Position numbers and translations under genes: made by a program | Part shown: positions 58,154 through 64,000 of the stretch, piece by piece | Position numbering within the stretch: position 1 is the stretch's first letter | How the letters are laid out: each line of letters opens with the position of its first letter | Assembly (NCBI GenBank): GCA_942493145.1 | Contig: OW818679.1 | Coordinates: forward strand, 740,901-804,900 | DNA length: 64,000 nt | Direction of reading: 5' to 3' | Source: an uncultured Bacillota bacterium | GTDB lineage: Bacteria; Bacillota; Clostridia; Acetivibrionales; DTU013 | Notes under the pieces: model-generated | The model's input: the letters and a program-made list of their open reading frames with translations, nothing else | Databases searched by the model: none | Told to the model about the DNA's origin: nothing

Positions 58154-58333
58154 TTTTTCATTCCCTCTGTCTGTATAGATTTCAACGGAGTATATTTACC
58201 CGATAAATTGTACCGTTAATAGTTTTTATAAAATAATATGCAATTTTTTGTGCATCACTACTTATAATATCTTATCCAATTATACTGTGTCAATCAATGG
58301 ACTTGGTGTATAATACAAATATTGGGGTGATTA

Positions 58334-60010
58334 ATGATGACGCAAAACAACGACAGGTTTGTAACGGTTGAATATGACTCTGGTGAGACGGCATCAGTCA
58401 AGGCTGGTGTGACATTGCTTGAACTGAGCATGGAACATTCGTCAAAGATAGACTCTCAAATAATGGCTGCTAAAGTCAACAATGAGATAAGAGAGCTGGG
58501 ATACAGGATAAAAGAGGATTGCAGTATTAGTTTTATCAGCCTTCGGGATGAAGAAGGGATAAGGATTTACTGCCGGAGTTTGTATCTGATTCTTATAAAA
58601 GCAGTGCATGAGCTTTTCCCTGAAAGGGAGGTTAAAATACAACATTCCATCAGCAAGGGAACCTATTGTGAGATTTCAGCCGGTACAGATGGCAGTGTGT
58701 TAACCGAGGATGATGCTGCTCTCATTGAGGATCGCATGCGTGTGATATCGGGTAGAAGGATCCCCTTCAAAAAAATGACCCTTTCGTTAGAGTTGGCGAA
58801 AGAGGTGTTTTCACGGAATGGCAGACTGGACAGGTACCATGCCATTGAACACAGGGCAAAGGATTGCGTAACCATATATGATTGCGATGGCTTCCAGGAC
58901 TACTTTTATGGATATATGGCGCCTGATACGGGCTTTGTCAAGCTTTTCGCGCTTAAACATTACCATGACGGGATCATTGTGATGTTCCCCGAGAAGCAGG
59001 CACCGGAAAAGCTTCCTGAATTCATCGAACAAAAGAAACTGTTTGCGATTTTCAAAGAGTATATAAAATGGGGACATATACTTGGTGTGGATAATGTAGG
59101 GGAATTAAACGATCTGATCATGGAGGGGCAGGCTGAAGACCTTATCAGGATATCCGAGGCGCTTCATGAGAAGAAAATAGCACATATAGCCGATATGGTG
59201 GCCAAATGCGAAGAACCGAAGCGAATTATACTTATTTCGGGCCCGTCGTCTTCAGGAAAGACTACTTTTGCCAAAAGACTCTCGGTACAGCTGAGAGTAA
59301 ACGGATTGAAACCTGTGACAATAAACATGGACAATTATTTCGTCAACAGGGAGAAAACGCCCAGGGATGAAAAGGGTGGTTTTGATTATGAAGCACTGGA
59401 GGCAATAGATGTAAAGCTTTTCAACACGCACCTTAAGGAGTTGATAGGAGGGGCTGAAGTGGAAATCCCTATTTTCAATTTCTTTAATGGTTGCAGAGAA
59501 CCGGTGGGAAAGAATATGAAGATAAATGAGGACAACATACTTGTCATCGAAGGGATTCATGGCCTCAATGAAAAGCTTACCGGCGACATACCTGCCGACA
59601 TCAAGTTTAAGATATATGTAAGTGCATTAACATCGATGAACATCGACGACCATAACAGGATACCCTCAACAGATACCAGAATACTGAGGAGAATCGTCAG
59701 AGATAACCAGTTCAGGGGTACCAGCGCGACAAATACCATAAAGCAATGGCCATCGGTGCGCAACGGCGAGAGCAGGTATATATTCCCCTACCAGGAGAGC
59801 GCCGATATCATGTTTAACTCCTCACACATGGTAGAATTAGGGATCCTGAAGAACTTTGCAGAGCCACTCCTTAAGGAAATTGACCAGAAATCCCCGGTCT
59901 TTGCCGAAGCAAAAAGGCTGCTGGAGTTTTTAAGCTATTTCCTGCCGATAGACGGAAGTGAATTGCCGAGAAATTCGATTATCAGGGAGTTCATAGGGGG
60001 CGGGCTGTGA
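58334..60010 (+). CDS. Nucleoside (uridine) kinase-family protein with N-terminal TGS/ThrRS-like domain
   Basis: AAKVNNE, HSISKG, ISGPSSSGKTT, EGIHGLN, RRIVRD, FPYQESAD. Confidence 0.9.
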   Translation: MMTQNNDRFVTVEYDSGETASVKAGVTLLELSMEHSSKIDSQIMAAKVNNEIRELGYRIKEDCSISFISLRDEEGIRIYCRSLYLILIKAVHELFPEREVKIQHSISKGTYCEISAGTDGSVLTEDDAALIEDRMRVISGRRIPFKKMTLSLELAKEVFSRNGRLDRYHAIEHRAKDCVTIYDCDGFQDYFYGYMAPDTGFVKLFALKHYHDGIIVMFPEKQAPEKLPEFIEQKKLFAIFKEYIKWGHILGVDNVGELNDLIMEGQAEDLIRISEALHEKKIAHIADMVAKCEEPKRIILISGPSSSGKTTFAKRLSVQLRVNGLKPVTINMDNYFVNREKTPRDEKGGFDYEALEAIDVKLFNTHLKELIGGAEVEIPIFNFFNGCREPVGKNMKINEDNILVIEGIHGLNEKLTGDIPADIKFKIYVSALTSMNIDDHNRIPSTDTRILRRIVRDNQFRGTSATNTIKQWPSVRNGESRYIFPYQESADIMFNSSHMVELGILKNFAEPLLKEIDQKSPVFAEAKRLLEFLSYFLPIDGSELPRNSIIREFIGGGL

Positions 60011-60051
60011 TAGCAGGATTGCGCATCAGTTCACAAGTCCGGATATCAAAA

Positions 60052-60073
60052 AGGGACACTTTACAGTGTCCCT
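60052..60073. terminator. Hairpin between convergent genes (terminator)
   Basis: AGGGACACT-TTAC-AGTGTCCCT preceded by an A-run. Confidence 0.7.
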
Positions 60074-60085
60074 CGACATGTTACA

Positions 60086-60259
60086 TCATGTTATTTGTGG
60101 TGTGAAGGTGTTGCAATCCGTATCATCCGAATTGGATGCGTTCTTTGGTGATACTTCGATTTTGTCCGCTGTGCACTTGTCGCCCTGCAAGTAATAGTAA
60201 CATGTATTTACTTCGCATTTAATTCCCTGATTGGGGTGGTTCATCTTTTTTGCTTCCAT
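60086..60259 (-). CDS. DUF1540 small Cys-rich protein
   Basis: IKCEVNTCYY....CTADKIEV....DTDCNTF. ATG 60259 after GGAGG. Confidence 0.85.
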   Translation of the reverse strand: MEAKKMNHPNQGIKCEVNTCYYYLQGDKCTADKIEVSPKNASNSDDTDCNTFTPQIT

Positions 60260-60348
60260 ATATACTTTCCCTCCTGATAAATAATATCTGGCTTGCAAAT
60301 CGGCCATCAGGATTATTATTGTCAAAGGAAGCGGGAATATGCATTTCA

Positions 60349-62154
60349 TCAGCACGGTAGCCGAATCGTAAATTCCGTCCCTTTTCCAGAATCACTATCC
60401 ACGCTTATATCGCCGTTGTATAGATTGACAATATGCTTCACGATTGAAAGTCCCAGACCGGTGCCGCCCATGCTCCTTGATCTGCCCTTATCGACTCTGT
60501 AGAATCTTTCAAAAATCCGGCTCTGGTGCTCTTTTGCTATGCCTATTCCTGTGTCTTTAACTTTTATAACAATCCTGCCGCCGGTATTTTCAGCCCTGAC
60601 CGTTACTGTGCCGCCTTCGGAATTGTATTTTATGGCGTTGTCTATCAGGTTAATGAGCATCTGTTTAATGCGGTCCCTGTTTGCAGTCATTTTTATCTGG
60701 GGTTCAACTTCAACATTTATGGTGATATTCTTCTTGTCTGCTGTTCCCTGAAGTATGGACACTGTTTCTTCAATTATGTCGGCAAGTGAGTGGCTTCTTA
60801 TATTATTATCCTTCTGCCCGGACTCAATTTCGGAGAGTTGAAGGATGTCGTTTATAAGCATTGTAAGCCTTTCAGCCTCTATATCGATTATATCCAGGAA
60901 CTTTCCTGCTACCTCGGGATCTTCCAATGCACCGCCCCTGAGTGTTTCAACAAATCCGCGTATGGATGTCAGCGGGGTTTTTAATTCATGTGTCACGTTA
61001 GATACAAATTCGGTCCTGATTTGTTCCAGCTTTTTTATATTTGTTATATCGATGATGGACAAGATACCTCCGGAGTTTACCGGCTCAACCGTGGATGATT
61101 TGATGGGCGCGGAATATATCCTGAAAATCCTTTCCTCCGGCACTCTTATGGAAATTTCAGACACGGACGGTGTACCGTCTTCAATTACTTGTTTCAGGAG
61201 CCTGTAGACATGGTTGTTCCTGATAACCTCCATGATATTTTTACCGATGAGGTCCATTTCATCCATTATGCCGTTTTCATTCCTTATGCCAAGCAGCTCG
61301 CATGCGATCCGGTTAATCAATATGATCCTGAAGGATTTGTCCACTGCTACAAAACCATTTGTCATACTGTTCATAATGGAATCGAATTTCAGGTTCTTGT
61401 CCTTCAGGTCGGCAATTGTCGAATCAAGCTTCCCGGCCATCTCATTAAAAGTAAGCGCAAGCTGTCCCAGTTCATCCTTTGATTTTATCGACACCTGCCT
61501 TTTATAGTTTCCGTTAGCAATGTCGTTCGACACTGATATCAGCTGATTCAAAGGGGTTGTTATGGATTGGGTGAACTTAAGGGCCAGAAGCGTAGCAAGG
61601 ATGAGCCCTGCAAGCATTCCAAGGAGCGTATATGACCAGATACCCCTGTTGATGTCCTGCAATTGGTCAAGCGGTACCGATATCCTGACTACAGCATTGG
61701 AACCATCCATTTTGAGCGCAACATATAGGAAGTCAAGGCCAAGGGTTTTGCTGGACCGTATATCGATGCCTGTTCTGCCTTCAAGAGCTTCCTTGAACTC
61801 TGTCCTGTACTTGTGGTTCTCCATGGAAAGGTAATCAGTCTCTGATTCTCCCAGAACCACTCCATCATTTTGGATGAAGGTCACCCTGTTTTTTGAGGAT
61901 TCATCGCTTTCGGAAAGGGTGGTGGAGTTGTTCAGCAACTCGGCATAAGAAGCGGCTTCCTTATTGAAATCTATGGTTTCGCCCAAGGCCATCCTTTGAG
62001 TGAGCTGATAATTGATAAGGGTTGCAGAGTTTTTGAGCCGTTGCTCAACTTCATGCTTGTACAGACGCTGTGAAAGTCCAGAGACAAAAAAAGCTGTCGT
62101 TGACATACCTACTACGATTATTATCAAATAATAAAGCAGAATTTTTTTCTTCAT
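60349..62154 (-). CDS. phoR: Phosphate regulon sensor histidine kinase
   Basis: FVSNVTHELKTPLTS, NLIDNAIKYN, DTGIGI, FERFYRVDKGRSR, GGTGLGL. Lies downstream of phoP/phoU/pstB. Confidence 0.92.
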   Translation of the reverse strand: MKKKILLYYLIIIVVGMSTTAFFVSGLSQRLYKHEVEQRLKNSATLINYQLTQRMALGETIDFNKEAASYAELLNNSTTLSESDESSKNRVTFIQNDGVVLGESETDYLSMENHKYRTEFKEALEGRTGIDIRSSKTLGLDFLYVALKMDGSNAVVRISVPLDQLQDINRGIWSYTLLGMLAGLILATLLALKFTQSITTPLNQLISVSNDIANGNYKRQVSIKSKDELGQLALTFNEMAGKLDSTIADLKDKNLKFDSIMNSMTNGFVAVDKSFRIILINRIACELLGIRNENGIMDEMDLIGKNIMEVIRNNHVYRLLKQVIEDGTPSVSEISIRVPEERIFRIYSAPIKSSTVEPVNSGGILSIIDITNIKKLEQIRTEFVSNVTHELKTPLTSIRGFVETLRGGALEDPEVAGKFLDIIDIEAERLTMLINDILQLSEIESGQKDNNIRSHSLADIIEETVSILQGTADKKNITINVEVEPQIKMTANRDRIKQMLINLIDNAIKYNSEGGTVTVRAENTGGRIVIKVKDTGIGIAKEHQSRIFERFYRVDKGRSRSMGGTGLGLSIVKHIVNLYNGDISVDSDSGKGTEFTIRLPC

Positions 62155-62160
62155 GGATAT

Positions 62161-62871
62161 TTATCCCTCTTTATCGCTGAATTTGTACCCAATACCCCTT
62201 ATGGTTTCTATGTAGACCGGATTGCTGTCATCATCCTCGATTTTTTGTCTGAGATAGCGGATATGCACATCCACAGTCCTGGTTTCTCCATAGTAATCGA
62301 AGCCCCAGATTTTTTCAAGAAGAAGCTCTCGTGATAAAACCCTTCCCTTATTCTGCATTAGCATCTTGAGCAGTTCGAATTCCTTTAGAGGCATCTCAAC
62401 CAATTTCGTGTTCTTGTACACTTCATGCCTTGTAAAATCGATTGATATGTCCCCGTGACTTGCGTTTATGATCTCTACAGGTGACTGGCTGGCTGGGCCT
62501 GATCTGCGAAGCATGGCCTTCACCCTGGCGACAAGCTCACGGACACTGAAAGGTTTTGTAATATAATCGTCAGAACCAAGCTCAAGCCCCAGCACTTTGT
62601 CAAACTCTTCGCTTTTGGCAGTCAGCATTATGATGGGTATGCCTTTTGTAGCAGGGCTGGTCCGTAATTGCCTGCATATTTCGAGGCCGTCCATACCCGG
62701 CAGCATGATATCCAGTATAAAAAGATCGGGAGTGCCGTTCTTCAATCCTTCAAGGAGGCTTTCACCGCTTCCAAAGGTGGAAACCTTGTAACCGTTTGTT
62801 TCCAGGTTGTATTTGATTAATTGTTGTATGTGTTCTTCATCTTCTACAGCATAAATCAATTCTTTTGACAT
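62161..62871 (-). CDS. phoP: OmpR-family response regulator PhoP/PhoB
   Basis: ILDIMLPG, LTAK, DDYITKPF, RTVDVHIRYLR, ETIRGIGY. Confidence 0.92.
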   Translation of the reverse strand: MSKELIYAVEDEEHIQQLIKYNLETNGYKVSTFGSGESLLEGLKNGTPDLFILDIMLPGMDGLEICRQLRTSPATKGIPIIMLTAKSEEFDKVLGLELGSDDYITKPFSVRELVARVKAMLRRSGPASQSPVEIINASHGDISIDFTRHEVYKNTKLVEMPLKEFELLKMLMQNKGRVLSRELLLEKIWGFDYYGETRTVDVHIRYLRQKIEDDDSNPVYIETIRGIGYKFSDKEG

Positions 62872-62907
62872 ACCACTCGATACCCCCGCAGCCCGTATTT
62901 TCCGTGC

Positions 62908-63597
62908 TTAAATCCATGTGCGGCCTTCCTTGTGGAAAAGCCTTGTCAGGTGATCGTGTTCGCCTGTTACGGTGTAGACCACCCATTCGCCGATATTTGT
63001 AGCGTGGTCGGCCATTCTTTCAAGATACTTGGCTATGAACATGAAATCTGTAGCCTGCTCGACCTTTTCCGGATCGGATTTCATGATGTTGGTCAAATCC
63101 ATGATAATTTTTTGGAACAGGTCATCCACTTCATCATCACTGGCGCATACTTGCTTTGCCAGCTCGATATCATGGCGGACATAGGCGTCGATCGCCTTGC
63201 TTACCATTATTTTAGCCAGCTCTGCCATTTTGGGGATGTCAATGAGCTGCTTTACATGCTTGTTATTTCCGATTCGGATGGTAATTTCTGCAATATCAGA
63301 CGAATGGTCTGCGATCCTTTCCATATCGGTTATCATCTTCAGAGCTGCGCTGATTGCTCTGAGGTCCTTGGCCAGAGGCTGCTGTCGGGCAATAAGGTCA
63401 ATACATTTTTTCTCGATTTTCTTTTCGAGTTCATCCACAACGTCATCATTATCGAGTATTTTTTGGGCCAGGACCAGATCCTGCGTTTGCAGAGCCCTGA
63501 TGGTATTATCGATGGACTCCTCCACGAGGCTCCCCATCTTTATCAAATCCAAATGCAGGTCTTGCAGACCTGATTCAAAAGAATGCCTTGCAACCAT
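62908..63597 (-). CDS. phoU: Phosphate signalling protein PhoU
   Basis: QQPLAKDLR, DMERIADH, DDEVD, LERMADHATNI. Confidence 0.96.
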   Translation of the reverse strand: MVARHSFESGLQDLHLDLIKMGSLVEESIDNTIRALQTQDLVLAQKILDNDDVVDELEKKIEKKCIDLIARQQPLAKDLRAISAALKMITDMERIADHSSDIAEITIRIGNNKHVKQLIDIPKMAELAKIMVSKAIDAYVRHDIELAKQVCASDDEVDDLFQKIIMDLTNIMKSDPEKVEQATDFMFIAKYLERMADHATNIGEWVVYTVTGEHDHLTRLFHKEGRTWI

Positions 63598-63615
63598 TTC
63601 ATCTACCTCCTAATA

Positions 63616-64000
63616 TCAGCCAAAACGGCCGGTAATATAATCCTCTGTGCGTTTGTCAACCGGGGTGCTGAAAATCTTTTCAGTGTGATCGTACTCTACA
63701 ATTTCACCATGAAGAAAAAATGCAGTCTTGTCGGAAATACGGCCTGCCTGCTGCATGTTGTGTGTTACGATCACTATGGTATATTTGGTTTTCAATTCAT
63801 CAATCAGGTCTTCAATCTTCATTGTAGAAATGGGATCCAGAGCTGAAGTGGGCTCATCCATAAGGACCACTTCCGGTTCCACCGCCAGCACCCTGGCGAT
63901 ACAGAGACGTTGCTGTTGCCCACCTGAGAGGCCAAGGGCATTTTGCTTAAGGCGGTCCTTGACTTCGTCCCAGAGGGCTGCGCCCCTAAGACTCTTTTCT
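63616..64000 (-). CDS. pstB: Phosphate ABC ATPase PstB, 5' truncated by the window edge
   Basis: [43 protein letters not shown]. Confidence 0.96.
   Translation of the reverse strand, partial: EKSLRGAALWDEVKDRLKQNALGLSGGQQQRLCIARVLAVEPEVVLMDEPTSALDPISTMKIEDLIDELKTKYTIVIVTHNMQQAGRISDKTAFFLHGEIVEYDHTEKIFSTPVDKRTEDYITGRFG

Overview
The window looks like a spore-forming, flagellated Clostridia chromosome (inferred from gerK-type, MCP, buk/ptb and Gram-positive pho genes) and falls into two parts. About 1-41.3 kb is an accessory anaerobic catabolic island. It encodes a pyrogallol-transhydroxylase-like Mo-bisPGD enzyme pair (AthL/BthL family) and a second Mo/W-bisPGD enzyme of the acetylene hydratase/catechol dehydroxylase clade with its Fe-S partner. 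It also has an M29/NicX-fold protein, a lactonase, an amidohydrolase, a URO-D-fold protein and a TRAP transporter whose binding protein lacks the carboxylate-binding Arg. One operon runs SDR, 6-oxocamphor-hydrolase-like crotonase, thiolase, BKACE (DUF849), 3-hydroxyacyl dehydrogenase, second crotonase, buk, ptb. A second module has a flavodoxin-ferredoxin, hot-dog dehydratase, Zn-ADH, orphan SBP and OYE-type flavin reductase, several carrying Gly/Pro-rich inserts. About 41.6-64 kb is mostly housekeeping: MCP, GHL10-amidase fusion, gdhA, PilZ, gerK-type operon, cNMP-domain protein, prfC, nucleoside kinase, DUF1540, phoR/phoP/phoU/pstB. Best candidate for an undescribed system: a co-regulated anaerobic polyhydroxybenzene or cyclic 1,3-dione degradation route using crotonase-fold retro-Claisenases for ring opening. 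A 76-bp promoter element shared by the transhydroxylase operon and the ring-cleavage operon supports the link. Three deletion-scarred paralog relics mark island remodelling. All family assignments come from motif recognition and recalled reference sequences. No database search was run. No rRNA, tRNA, CRISPR array or intact transposase was seen.
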